Shown here piece by piece: positions 47,144-56,639 of a DNA stretch of 64,000 nucleotides. Made by a program: the position numbers and the translations under genes. The stretch is from positions 2,343 through 66,342 of the forward strand of contig DATGEQ010000009.1 of assembly GCA_035309945.1 (NCBI GenBank), read 5' to 3'. Position 1 is the first letter of the stretch, and each line of letters opens with the position of its first letter. Source of the stretch: Gemmatimonadales bacterium (GTDB lineage Bacteria; Gemmatimonadota; Gemmatimonadetes; Gemmatimonadales; GWC2-71-9). The notes below the pieces were generated by a model, which was given only the letters and a program-made list of their open reading frames with translations, did no database searches and had not been told where the DNA came from.

Positions 47144-48250
47144 ATGTCGCACAAAGTTTCGTCCTGTGAAGTCTTAGTCGCGGGCGGCGGGATCATCGGC
47201 GCCGCCTGCGCCCGCGCCCTCGCACTGCGCGGACTGCAGGTGGCAATCTGTGATCCCGGGCCCGACCCGGCCGCGGCGTCCGCTGCGTCGGCGGGGATTC
47301 TCGGCCCGCAAATCGAGCGCGCTGATGAGTCACTGCGGGCATTGGGCCTGCGGGCGCGCGATCTCTACGACTCACTGGCCGTTGCACTTGCCGACAGCAC
47401 CGGCATCGACATTGGGTTGTGGCGCGAAGGCATCGCCTCGATCGCCTTCGAGGAAGCCGAGGCCGAACAGCTGCGCGAGGCGGTGGCGCACCAGCGCCAG
47501 GCCGGCCTGCGATGCGACTGGCTCGAGGCCGCCGACGTTGCAGAGCGTTTTCCCGCGGCCGCGCCCTGTCGCGGCGCACTCTTTGCGCCGGAAGATGGCG
47601 CGGTAGATGCCCCCGCGTTGACCCGGGCGCTGCGAGAGGATGCCAAACGCCTGGGTGCGCGGACGTTCACGACACGCGTGAACCGCATCAACACGATTCT
47701 CGGTCGTGTGACAGGCGTGGAAATTCCCGCCGGCAAAATCAAAGCGGAGCACGTTGTCATCGCCGCGGGCGCCTGGTCGACGCAGATCAATCATCTCCCC
47801 CGGCGCTTGCCCGTCGAGCCCATCCGTGGTCAAATGGCGGCCGCGCGGTGGCCGTCCAATATGCCGCGCACGGTGCTGTACTACGATCACGCCTACGTCC
47901 TCGCGCGCAGCGGTGAAGCGATCTTCGGCAGCACCATGGAGCACGCCGGTTTTGACGGAAGCGTCACCGAATCGGGTGTGCGCGAGATCGTGGCGGCGGC
48001 GCGGCGACTCCTGCCTCAGCTTCCGCTGGCGCCCACGCGAACGTGGGCCGGCCTGCGGCCGATCACCCCCGACGGGCGTCCGATCGTCGGCGCCGACCCG
48101 GACATTAGGCGATTGTGGTACGCAACGGGCCACGGCCGTAACGGTGTCCTGCTGGCGGGGCTGACGGGTGAGATCATCGGTGACCTGGTGGCCACGGGTA
48201 ACACCGAGGTGGAGATTGCCTCTCTCGCCCCGGAGCGATTTACTTCTTAG
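47144..48250 (+). CDS. thiO: FAD-dependent glycine oxidase-like oxidoreductase (DAO family)
   Basis: It has the dinucleotide fold VLVAGGGIIGAACARALALRG and the C-terminal segment GHGRNGVLLAGLTGEIIGDLV typical of ThiO-like enzymes. Confidence 0.75.
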   Translation: MSHKVSSCEVLVAGGGIIGAACARALALRGLQVAICDPGPDPAAASAASAGILGPQIERADESLRALGLRARDLYDSLAVALADSTGIDIGLWREGIASIAFEEAEAEQLREAVAHQRQAGLRCDWLEAADVAERFPAAAPCRGALFAPEDGAVDAPALTRALREDAKRLGARTFTTRVNRINTILGRVTGVEIPAGKIKAEHVVIAAGAWSTQINHLPRRLPVEPIRGQMAAARWPSNMPRTVLYYDHAYVLARSGEAIFGSTMEHAGFDGSVTESGVREIVAAARRLLPQLPLAPTRTWAGLRPITPDGRPIVGADPDIRRLWYATGHGRNGVLLAGLTGEIIGDLVATGNTEVEIASLAPERFTS

Positions 48251-48251
48251 G

Positions 48252-49253
48252 ATGTTCAGCCGTTGTGGATTCTGCAACGCCGCGTTTGATGGGGATGGTG
48301 GCCCCTCGGGCCTCGGCATTGGTCGGCGCATCGCATTCGACGAGTGGAAAGGCCGGCTCTGGGTCGTCTGCCCACGCTGCAGCCGTTGGAATCTCACCCC
48401 GTTTGACGATCGCCTGGAACGCATCGAGGCTGTGGCGCGCGCCGCGAGCCAGGGACGGGTTGCGGCTTCTACCGATCAAGTCGCGCTGATTCGTTGGCAG
48501 CGCTACGACTTCGTGCGCGTCGGCAAGCCGCCGCGCATCGAGCTCGCCACGTGGCGCTACGGCGAGCGGCTGCGGAACCGGCAGCGCGAGCGCATGAAGG
48601 TCGTCGTGCCACTGACCGTCGCGGCGATCGGCCTCGGCGTCGCGGCCAACGTCGCGGCCGGCGGCGGCTTCGGGGTCATGATCTGGAACCTGCACCGCGT
48701 CGTCGATTCGGTGTACGTGGGGCTGATGGGGCGCCGCAAAGTGACCTTGACCGAGCCGCCGATTTGTGCCCACTGCGGCAGCCTCATGCAGCTGCGCGCC
48801 AAACACATCCAGCATGCGCGCATTGTCCCCGATCGCCAGGCGGACATGGCGGTGGTATTGAGCTGCCCGAACTGCCAGCAAGAGGGCGCGCACCTGACGG
48901 GGAGCGAGGCAACCCTGGCGCTGCGTCAGGGCCTGACCTACCTGAATCTCGTACGCGGCGGTCGCCGCAGGGCCGAGGATGCGGCTCGCGAGGTGGACTC
49001 GGCCGGCGGGGCCGACCGCCTGGTGCGCGACATAGCGCGTCGCGAGCTCACGCTGCGATCACTGCGTCCGGAACGGGGATTGGCGCTGGAAATGGCCGTC
49101 GACGAGCGGGCCGAGGTCGAAGAGCTCGAGCGGCAGTGGCGAGAGGCGGAAGAGATCGCCGATATCGCGGACGGCACCCTTGGCACGTCGAGCCAAGTCG
49201 AGGAGGAGCTGCGGCGTCTCAAACAGCCGGACGGTGATCAACCGTCTGGTTGA
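48252..49253 (+). CDS. Hypothetical protein with two CxxC...CxxC zinc-ribbon-like modules, a central TM segment and an acidic coiled-coil tail
   Basis: The ATG at 48252 lies 1 nt after the thiO stop. The two modules are CGFC..x31..CPRC and CAHC..x30..CPNC. The TM segment is [29 protein letters not shown]. Confidence 0.6.
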   Translation: MFSRCGFCNAAFDGDGGPSGLGIGRRIAFDEWKGRLWVVCPRCSRWNLTPFDDRLERIEAVARAASQGRVAASTDQVALIRWQRYDFVRVGKPPRIELATWRYGERLRNRQRERMKVVVPLTVAAIGLGVAANVAAGGGFGVMIWNLHRVVDSVYVGLMGRRKVTLTEPPICAHCGSLMQLRAKHIQHARIVPDRQADMAVVLSCPNCQQEGAHLTGSEATLALRQGLTYLNLVRGGRRRAEDAAREVDSAGGADRLVRDIARRELTLRSLRPERGLALEMAVDERAEVEELERQWREAEEIADIADGTLGTSSQVEEELRRLKQPDGDQPSG

Positions 49254-49299
49254 AAAACAGCCTACCCGCCCCCCCTCACACTCGCTATCTTCGGGGTCC

Positions 49300-50208
49300 A
49301 TGGCCGCCCCGTTAGTGCAGATCCAGCCATCCGTTAGGCCCCAAGCTGAGCCAGCACGTAAACCCTCTTGGCTCAAGGTGAAAGCGCCCGGTGGCCCCAA
49401 CTACGTCTCGCTCAAGCACATGATGCGGGACCTCAAGCTGCACACCGTCTGCGAGGAAGCCCATTGCCCGAATATCGGGGAATGCTGGGAGCACAAGGCG
49501 GCGACCTTCATGATTCTGGGGGATGTGTGCACGCGTAACTGCGCCTACTGCGCGGTCGCGCATGGCACGCCGGCGCCCCTCGACACCGCGGAGCCGCAGC
49601 GCCTGGCCGATGCTGTGGCCCAGATGGGGCTCGCGCACGTCGTCATCACGAGCGTCGATCGCGACGATTTGCCGAACGGGGGAGCCGAGATCTTTGCCGC
49701 CTGTATCGCGGAAATCAGGCGACGGATGCCGGAGACGTCGATCGAGGTTCTGATTCCCGACTTCAAAGGCAATCCCGCGGCACTGCAGATCGTCGTTGAC
49801 GCCCAACCCGACATTCTCAATCACAATCTCGAAACCATCGCTCGACTGTATCGCATTGCCCGGCCGGGGGGCCGGTACGCGCGGGCGCTGGAGCTGCTCG
49901 ATCGCGCCAAGGATTTGAACCCTGAGCGACTCACGAAGTCGGGGCTCATCGTCGGGCTGGGCGAGGACTGGGACGAGCTGCTCGCCGCGCTGCGCGATCT
50001 CCGGGCCGCGCGGGTCGACATTCTCACGATCGGGCAGTATCTGCGGCCCTCCGATCAGCATCTACCGATTGCGCGGTGGTACACACCCGACGAGTTCGCC
50101 GAGCTGAAGCGCTACGGCATGTCGCTCGGGTTCCGGCACGTAGAATCGGGGCCGCTGGTGCGCTCGAGCTATCACGCGTGGGAGCAAGTGGAGGCTGCCA
50201 AGGCATGA
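49300..50208 (+). CDS. lipA: Lipoyl synthase
   Basis: The cluster motifs [12 protein letters not shown] and CTRNCAYC (radical SAM) are present. The start is the ATG at 49300. Confidence 0.95.
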   Translation: MAAPLVQIQPSVRPQAEPARKPSWLKVKAPGGPNYVSLKHMMRDLKLHTVCEEAHCPNIGECWEHKAATFMILGDVCTRNCAYCAVAHGTPAPLDTAEPQRLADAVAQMGLAHVVITSVDRDDLPNGGAEIFAACIAEIRRRMPETSIEVLIPDFKGNPAALQIVVDAQPDILNHNLETIARLYRIARPGGRYARALELLDRAKDLNPERLTKSGLIVGLGEDWDELLAALRDLRAARVDILTIGQYLRPSDQHLPIARWYTPDEFAELKRYGMSLGFRHVESGPLVRSSYHAWEQVEAAKA

Positions 50209-51212
50209 CCGCAACCGCGAGATCCGCGAAACAGAACGCGTCTTCTCCCAAGGAGAAGGAATTGCACCTCAAGATGCTGCGGGAAATGCTCCTCATCCGC
50301 CGCTTCGAAGAGAAGGCGGCCGAAGCCTACGCGCTCGGCAAGATCGGCGGCTTCTGCCACCTGTACATCGGCCAGGAAGCGGTCGCGGTCGGCGCGCTCG
50401 CGGCGCTGCGTGACGACGACTACGTCATCTGCTCTTACCGCGAGCATGGTCAGGCCCTGGTCAAGGGCATCTCGCCCAACGCGGTAATGGCCGAGTTGTT
50501 CGGCAAGGCAACCGGATGCTCCAAGGGCAAGGGCGGCTCGATGCACCTGTTCGACGCCAAACGCGGCTTCATGGGTGGCCACGGCATCGTCGGCGGCCAC
50601 ATCCCGCTCGCTGCGGGCCTGGCGTTCGCGAGCAAGTATCAGGGTAACGACAAGGTCTGCGTCTGCTTCTTCGGCGAGGCCGCCGTCAACATCGGATCGT
50701 TCCACGAGACGCTGAACATGGCGTCGGTGTGGAAGCTGCCCGTCATCTTTCTTTGCGAAAACAATCGCTACGGCATGGGGACTGCATTCGAGCGCGTGGC
50801 CGCCGTGACCGACATCGTGGAGCACGCCTGCAGCTACGACATGGCGGCGGAGCTCGTCGACGGCATGAACGTGTTGACGGTGTACGACGCGACGCGGCGC
50901 GCGGTCGAGCGCGCGCGCAACCAGAGCAATCCCACGCTGCTCGAGGTACGGACGTATCGTTACATGGGTCACTCGATGTCTGATCCGTTGCACGGGGTGT
51001 ACCGGACGAAAGACGAGGTCGAAGAGCAGAAGGCGCGCGATCCCATCACCCATCTTGCCGACAAGCTGAAGGATGACGGGATCATCGATCAGGCGGGCCT
51101 CGATGCCCTCGACGCCGAGATCCACACGGAAGTCGAGCAGGCGGTGAAGTTCGCCGACGAGAGTCCCGATCCAGAGCCGGGCGAGCTCTACACCGACGTG
51201 ATGGTCGACTGA
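50205..51212 (+). CDS. pdhA: Pyruvate dehydrogenase E1 alpha subunit
   Basis: Recognisable segments are [27 protein letters not shown], the ThDP motif GG.G..G and [11 protein letters not shown]. It has an ATGA overlap with lipA. Confidence 0.92.
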   Translation: MTATARSAKQNASSPKEKELHLKMLREMLLIRRFEEKAAEAYALGKIGGFCHLYIGQEAVAVGALAALRDDDYVICSYREHGQALVKGISPNAVMAELFGKATGCSKGKGGSMHLFDAKRGFMGGHGIVGGHIPLAAGLAFASKYQGNDKVCVCFFGEAAVNIGSFHETLNMASVWKLPVIFLCENNRYGMGTAFERVAAVTDIVEHACSYDMAAELVDGMNVLTVYDATRRAVERARNQSNPTLLEVRTYRYMGHSMSDPLHGVYRTKDEVEEQKARDPITHLADKLKDDGIIDQAGLDALDAEIHTEVEQAVKFADESPDPEPGELYTDVMVD

Positions 51213-52192
51213 TGGCCACACTCACCTACCGTGATGCGTTGAATCAGGCGCTGCGCGAAGAGATGCAGCGCGACCAGAACGTCTTTCTGATGGGCGAAGA
51301 GGTGGGCGTGTATCAGGGTGCCTACAAGGTGAGCCGCGGACTCCTGGAGGAGTTCGGTCCCAAGCGCATCGTCGACACGCCGATCGCCGAGCTGGGGTTT
51401 GCCGGGATCGGTGTGGGTGCGGCGATGGGAGGGCTCCGGCCGGTCATCGAATTCATGACCTGGAACTTCGCCGTGCTCGCAATGGATCAGATCGTGAACT
51501 CGGCGGCCAAGATGCTGTACATGTCGGGCGGCCAGATTAACCTGCCGATCGTCTTTCGCGGGCCCAACGGCGCAGCCCTCCAGCTCGCGTCGCAGCACTC
51601 GCAGGCCTGGGAGAGCTGGGTCTCGCACATCCCCGGCCTCAAGGTCGTCGCGCCGGCGACGCCGGCCGACGCGAAAGGGCTGTTGAAGTCGGCCATCCGC
51701 GACAACAATCCCGTCATCGTGCTCGAAGGCGAGATGCTGTACAACCTCAAGGGCGACGTGCCCGACGGTGAGCATCTCGTACCGATCGGAAAAGCCGAGA
51801 TCAAGCGTGAAGGCAGGGACGTGACGCTCGTCTGTCACTCCAAGACCCTTGCCGTCGCCACCAAGGCGGCGGAGATGCTCGCCGAGCAGGACCTGTCCGC
51901 CGAGGTGCTCGATTTGCGATCGCTGCGCCCGCTCGATGAGGCGGCGATTCTCGATTCAGTCCGGAAGACGAATCGCGCCGTGGTCGTGGAGGAAGGCTGG
52001 CCGCACGCCGGGATCGGCGCCCAGATCGTCGATCTCATTCAGCGCGATGCGTTCGACGATCTCGACGCGCCGGTCCAGCGAATCACGCAAGCGGACGTGC
52101 CGATGCCCTACAACAAGCACCTCGAGCGCGCCGCCAAAGCGTCGCCCGAGAAAGTCGTCGCGGCGGCGCGGCGCGTGCTCTACCTCGAGTAG
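51212..52192 (+). CDS. pdhB: Pyruvate dehydrogenase E1 beta subunit
   Basis: Recognisable segments are MGEEVGVYQGAYKVS.GL..FG..R..DTPI.E and a transketolase-like C-terminal domain. Confidence 0.95.
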   Translation: MATLTYRDALNQALREEMQRDQNVFLMGEEVGVYQGAYKVSRGLLEEFGPKRIVDTPIAELGFAGIGVGAAMGGLRPVIEFMTWNFAVLAMDQIVNSAAKMLYMSGGQINLPIVFRGPNGAALQLASQHSQAWESWVSHIPGLKVVAPATPADAKGLLKSAIRDNNPVIVLEGEMLYNLKGDVPDGEHLVPIGKAEIKREGRDVTLVCHSKTLAVATKAAEMLAEQDLSAEVLDLRSLRPLDEAAILDSVRKTNRAVVVEEGWPHAGIGAQIVDLIQRDAFDDLDAPVQRITQADVPMPYNKHLERAAKASPEKVVAAARRVLYLE

Positions 52193-52199
52193 CCCGCCG

Positions 52200-53447
52200 A
52201 TGGCCACCAAAGTTCACATGGAGGCGCTCTCGCCCACGATGGAAGAAGGGCGTCTCGTGAAGTGGACCAAGCACGAGGGCGATGCGGTAAAGTCGGGCGA
52301 GACGATCGCCGAGGTCGAGACCGACAAGGCCGTGATGGAGCTGGTGGCGCGTGCCGATGGACAGCTGCTCAAAGTGATGGCGCCCGAAGGGGCGACGGTA
52401 CCTGTCGGCAATGTCGTCGCGTGGATCGGGAAGCCTGGAGAGAAAGTCGATGGGGCCGGGAGTCAGGAGCCGGGAAGCGGGGCTGCAAAGCCTGCTCCTG
52501 CTGCTGCTCCGGCGAAGCCGGCTCCGGCTGCCGCATCACCTGCACCCGCACCTGCCCCGGTTGCTGCTCCAGCCGACGCGACCCGCGTGAAGGCCTCTCC
52601 GTTGGCCCGGCGCATCGCCAAGGATGCCGGCGTCGATCTGAAGCTCGTGCAGGGTTCAGGACCGGGTGGTCGTGTTATCAAACGCGATGTCGAGGGAGGA
52701 GCCACGCAAACCCGAGCCGCAGCCCCGGCTCCCGGCTCCCGGCTCCCGGCTCCCGGTGTTCCGTACGAAGACGTCCCGCTGACCCAGATCCGCAAAACGA
52801 TCGCCAAGCGGCTCGTCGCCTCGATCGGCCCGATCCCGCATTTCTTCCTCACGACCGAAATCGACATGGAGCGCGCGGCCGAAGCGCGCGACGCGCTCAA
52901 CAAGCAGCTCGGCGAAGAAGGCGGGAAGATCTCGTTCAACGACATCATCATCAAAGCCGTCGCGCTGGCGCTGGCGCAGCATCGCGCGTGCAACGCCTGG
53001 TTCCAGGAGGATCATATCCGTTACTGGAACGAGGTGCACATCGGGATGGCCGTGGCGATCGAGGATGGTTTGATCACCCCGGTGATCCGCAACGCCGATC
53101 TCAAGAGCCTGCGCCAGATCGGCGCCGAATCGCGCGATCTCGCGGGGAAAGCGCGGAATCGCCGCCTGAAACCGGAAGAGTATACCGGCTCGACGTTCAG
53201 CCTATCGAATCTCGGAATGTTCGACATCGACCAGTTCACAGCGGTCATCAATCCGCCCGAAGCGGGGATCATCGCCGTCGGATCGATCGCGCCGAAGGCC
53301 GTGCCTGAAGGCGATCGGATCGTCGCGCGCCGGCGTACGCGGCTCACGATGAGCTGCGACCATCGCGTGATCGATGGCGCGACGGGGGCCGCGTTTTTGA
53401 AGACGTTGAAACAGATGCTGGAAAACCCGTTGGCCATGTTGTTGTAG
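52200..53447 (+). CDS. pdhC: Dihydrolipoamide acetyltransferase (E2), single lipoyl domain
   Basis: It has the lipoyl site EVETDKAVMEL, an Ala/Pro linker, the subunit-binding domain SPLARRIAKDAGVDL and the catalytic motif DHRVIDGA. Confidence 0.93.
   Translation: MATKVHMEALSPTMEEGRLVKWTKHEGDAVKSGETIAEVETDKAVMELVARADGQLLKVMAPEGATVPVGNVVAWIGKPGEKVDGAGSQEPGSGAAKPAPAAAPAKPAPAAASPAPAPAPVAAPADATRVKASPLARRIAKDAGVDLKLVQGSGPGGRVIKRDVEGGATQTRAAAPAPGSRLPAPGVPYEDVPLTQIRKTIAKRLVASIGPIPHFFLTTEIDMERAAEARDALNKQLGEEGGKISFNDIIIKAVALALAQHRACNAWFQEDHIRYWNEVHIGMAVAIEDGLITPVIRNADLKSLRQIGAESRDLAGKARNRRLKPEEYTGSTFSLSNLGMFDIDQFTAVINPPEAGIIAVGSIAPKAVPEGDRIVARRRTRLTMSCDHRVIDGATGAAFLKTLKQMLENPLAMLL
52724..52751. repeat. 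(CCCGGCT)4 heptanucleotide microsatellite inside pdhC
   Basis: Four perfect copies are followed by cccggtg. It encodes APAPGSRLPAPG in the inter-domain linker. Confidence 0.9.
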
Positions 53448-53486
53448 GAAGGCCCGTTGCAGTAACACCAACCATGGGAACCCTTC

Positions 53487-54878
53487 GTGGCGAATCCATT
53501 TGACGCGATCATTCTGGGCGGTGGTCCGGCAGGCTACGTCTGCGCCATTCGCGCCGCACAGCTCGGACTCGCGACGGCGGTCATCGAGCAGGAGAAGCTG
53601 GGCGGCGTCTGTGTCAACATCGGCTGCATTCCTACGAAGGCGTTGCTCCATTCCGCATACATCGCGAAGCTGCTGAAGGACTCGAAGGATTTCGGGGTCG
53701 AGGCGAGCAACGTGACCACCGATTACGGTGTCGCCATGAAGCGCTCGCGCCGGGTGAGTGATCAGAACTCCAAAGGTGTCGAGTTCCTGATGAAGAAGCA
53801 CAAGATCACCGTCGTGAAAGGCACCGGCGTGCTGCAGCCCGGCAAGAAAGTGAGAGTGGGGAGCGACGTCTATGAGGCGAAAAAGGCGGTCGTGATCGCG
53901 ACCGGCTCGCGCGTCAAAGGCATCCCGCAGATCGGTCTCGACATCAACAAGACGACCGTGATTTCCTCCGACGAGGCGCTGGTGATGGAGAAGGTGCCCG
54001 CCTCGCTGGCGATCATCGGCGCCGGGGCCGTCGGAATGGAATTCGCCGACATCTTCAATGCGTTCGGCGTCAAGGTAACGCTCATCGAGGCGCTGCCCCG
54101 TATTCTCCCGCTGGAGGACGCCGAGTCTTCCGACGTATTGAGCAAGAGTTACCGAAAGCGCGGGATCGAGGTGATCGCCGGCGCCAAGGTCACCAAGGCC
54201 GCCGTCGCCAAGGACAAAGTCACGCTGGACGTCGAGGCCGGCGGCGAGAAGAAGCAGATCACGGCCGCGGCCGTGCTGATGGCGGCGGGACGAGCAGTGA
54301 ACACCGAGAACATCGGGCTCAAGGAGTGCGGCATTCAGCTCACCGACCGCGGTTTCATCAAGGTCGACAAGAACCTGCAAACCACGACGCCGGGCTATTA
54401 CGCGATCGGCGACGTTGCCGGACCGCCCATGCTCGCGCACAAGGGCAGTCGCGAGGGGATCATCGTGGCGGAGCTCATCGCGGGCCAGAAGCCGCATCCG
54501 ATCAAATACGACAATGTGCCGAGCGTCACGTATTGCCATCCTGAGGTCGCGAGCATCGGGCTGACGGAAGATCAGTGCAAAGAGAAGAAGCTCGACTACG
54601 TCGCGGGCAAGTTTCCGTTCTCCGCAAGCGGCCGCGCCCGTGGGACGGGAGAGACCGAGGGATTCGTCAAAATCCTGAAGGACAAGAAGTACGGTGAGAT
54701 TCTCGGCGCACACATCGTGGGCTCCCAGGCGTCCGAGATCATTCACGAGCTCACCGTCGCGCGCGAGAACGAGTACACGGTCGAAGAGGTCGAGCTCGCG
54801 ATCCACGCGCATCCCACCATGTCCGAAGCGGTGGCCGAGGCCGCGCTCGATTCGCTCGGGCGCGTGATCCACGTGTGA
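53487..54878 (+). CDS. lpdA: Dihydrolipoyl dehydrogenase (E3)
   Basis: Recognisable segments are GGGPAGY, the redox disulfide GGVCVNIGCIPTK, and the C-terminal HAHPTMSE. Confidence 0.95.
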   Translation: MANPFDAIILGGGPAGYVCAIRAAQLGLATAVIEQEKLGGVCVNIGCIPTKALLHSAYIAKLLKDSKDFGVEASNVTTDYGVAMKRSRRVSDQNSKGVEFLMKKHKITVVKGTGVLQPGKKVRVGSDVYEAKKAVVIATGSRVKGIPQIGLDINKTTVISSDEALVMEKVPASLAIIGAGAVGMEFADIFNAFGVKVTLIEALPRILPLEDAESSDVLSKSYRKRGIEVIAGAKVTKAAVAKDKVTLDVEAGGEKKQITAAAVLMAAGRAVNTENIGLKECGIQLTDRGFIKVDKNLQTTTPGYYAIGDVAGPPMLAHKGSREGIIVAELIAGQKPHPIKYDNVPSVTYCHPEVASIGLTEDQCKEKKLDYVAGKFPFSASGRARGTGETEGFVKILKDKKYGEILGAHIVGSQASEIIHELTVARENEYTVEEVELAIHAHPTMSEAVAEAALDSLGRVIHV

Positions 54879-55297
54879 CGGACCAAACGGTCAAGGACCC
54901 GCTCGCTCTCGGCCTCGGCTCACTCGCCGCCGGCGTGGGATTCGGCGGCGCGTGCCTCACGACCTCACAAATCGTAGCGTCGGTCCTGCGCGGGGACCTC
55001 GATCCGACCGTCTACCGCGATGCCGTGCCCGATCCGCTGCTCGCCGGCCTCATTGCCGCCGTCGGTGTCGGTGGCGCCGTCGGATGGGCCCGCAGCGCCT
55101 CGCTCGAGAATGTCTGGCAGCGTGGCGTCATTGCGGTCCTGGCCGCCATCGGCGCCATCCTGATCGGTTTCCTCGCCGCGCCCCTCGACCGCTTTCTCGG
55201 CGTCATCGGCATCGCCATCTGGTTGGGGATCAACATCATCATCGGCGTCGTGGCCACGCGGTGGGCGAGGAGCGGCAAAGGAGTTGAAGGGCCGTGA
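54875..55297 (+). CDS. Hypothetical integral membrane protein (140 aa, about 4 TM)
   Basis: It has Gly/Ala-rich TM segments. There is a GTGA overlap with lpdA upstream and a GTGA overlap with lipB downstream. Confidence 0.55.
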   Translation: MTDQTVKDPLALGLGSLAAGVGFGGACLTTSQIVASVLRGDLDPTVYRDAVPDPLLAGLIAAVGVGGAVGWARSASLENVWQRGVIAVLAAIGAILIGFLAAPLDRFLGVIGIAIWLGINIIIGVVATRWARSGKGVEGP

Positions 55298-55965
55298 TTG
55301 AGGTTCGCGAGGTGGGGATGATCCCCTACCGCGAGGCTCTCGAATGGCAGCGGGAGCTCGCGGAAGATCGCATCGCCGGCCGGTTGGATCATGATGTCCT
55401 GCTGCTGCTCGAGCATCCTCCGGTCGTCACGCTCGGCAGAAACTCTGATGCCGGCAATCTGCTACGCCCGCAGGGCATCGATGTTTTCGAGGTCGAACGC
55501 GGCGGCGATGTCACGTTTCATGGACCCGGCCAACTCGTCGGCTATCCGATACTCGATCTCAACGGGTACAGGCTGGATCTGCATTGGTATCTGCGCACGC
55601 TCGAGCAGGCGTTGATTGAAGGATTGACGCTGCTCGACATTCCCGCCGAGCGGAATCCCGGGTTCACCGGGGTGTGGACGCGCGGCAGGAAGATCGCCAG
55701 CATCGGCATTCACGTGAAGCAATGGGTGACCTGGCACGGCTTCGCGCTGAACGTGACGACCGATCTCGCCGCGTTCGATCGGATCGTGCCGTGCGGGATT
55801 CAGGGCGTGGAGATGACGTCGGTGGAAAGGGAGAAGGGAGAAGGGAGAAGGGAGCGGTTGCGGGAGGAGAGCGTTGAGGCGGTAGTAACCGGATTCGCGA
55901 GCGCGTTTGGAATTGATCCCATTCTGAGGAATGGGCCCAGTGAGACACTGCGAGCCCACGCTTAA
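55294..55965 (+). CDS. lipB: Octanoyltransferase
   Basis: Recognisable segments are LLLLEHPPVVTLGRN, ERGGDVTFHGPGQLVGYP, KIASIGIHVKQWVTWHGFALNV and PCG. Confidence 0.9.
   Translation: MIEVREVGMIPYREALEWQRELAEDRIAGRLDHDVLLLLEHPPVVTLGRNSDAGNLLRPQGIDVFEVERGGDVTFHGPGQLVGYPILDLNGYRLDLHWYLRTLEQALIEGLTLLDIPAERNPGFTGVWTRGRKIASIGIHVKQWVTWHGFALNVTTDLAAFDRIVPCGIQGVEMTSVEREKGEGRRERLREESVEAVVTGFASAFGIDPILRNGPSETLRAHA
55827..55854. repeat. (AAGGGAG)4 heptanucleotide microsatellite inside lipB
   Basis: Four perfect copies encode REKGEGRRE near the C-terminus. Confidence 0.9.
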
Positions 55966-55968
55966 GCG

Positions 55969-56604
55969 GTGCGTAACCCGAGAGTGCCACCTGGTCAGGC
56001 GGTCACCACCAAATGGCCGGTCCTGCATTACGGCGATGTGCCCACCGTCGATACCACGAAATGGATGTTCACGGTTTCCGGTCTGGTCGAACGGCCGTTT
56101 TCGCTCACCTGGAATGCATTCATCGCGTTGCCGCGCAAAACGGTCCACTGCGATATCCACTGTGTGACCACATGGAGCAGGCTGGATAATGACTTCGAGG
56201 GAGTTTCTGTCCAGGATTTGCTGCGGCGAGCGCAGGTGAAACCGACGGCCAAGTACTGCCTGGTCGTGGCCGAGCAGGGCTTCACGACGAATCTGCCGCT
56301 GTCAGATCTGGATCGACCGGAGAACCTCATCGCGTTGAATTGGGGGGGCGAGCCGCTGACGCCCGAGCACGGCTGGCCCGCGCGGCTGCTCGTCCCACAC
56401 CTCTATTTCTGGAAGAGTGCGAAGTGGGTACGCGGCTTTGAGCTATTAGAGGAAGATCTGCCGGGCTTTTGGGAGCAGAACGGCTACCACATGCGCGGCG
56501 ACCCCTGGACGGAAGAGCGATACGGCGGGCGAGGGCTCACGCAACACGAGATCAACCGATTTCGTAACGCGAGCAAGAACCCGCTGAAGAATCGGAATCA
56601 GTAA
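55969..56604 (+). CDS. Sulfite-oxidase-like molybdopterin-binding oxidoreductase domain protein
   Basis: Recognisable segments are VSGLVERPFSLTW..F..LP......DIHCVT.WS and HGWPARLLVPHLYFWKSAKWV. The start is the GTG at 55969. Confidence 0.85.
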   Translation: MRNPRVPPGQAVTTKWPVLHYGDVPTVDTTKWMFTVSGLVERPFSLTWNAFIALPRKTVHCDIHCVTTWSRLDNDFEGVSVQDLLRRAQVKPTAKYCLVVAEQGFTTNLPLSDLDRPENLIALNWGGEPLTPEHGWPARLLVPHLYFWKSAKWVRGFELLEEDLPGFWEQNGYHMRGDPWTEERYGGRGLTQHEINRFRNASKNPLKNRNQ

Positions 56605-56639
56605 TCATTGATCAATGATCAATGATCATTGATTATTGA
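56605..56639. repeat. AT-rich run of five palindromic heptamers (TCAWTGA) between convergent genes
   Basis: It reads tcattga tcaatga tcaatga tcattga ttattga and contains four TGATCA hexamers. It spans the 28-nt convergent intergenic gap and the stop codon of the M20 peptidase gene. Confidence 0.85.

Noticed and set aside
47100-47144. Riboswitches: TPP upstream of thiO, glycine upstream of gcvH, and cobalamin upstream of the TonB-dependent receptor operon.
   Set aside because: The upstream intergenic regions are only about 10-70 nt, too short to hold these aptamers, and I saw no conserved aptamer cores.
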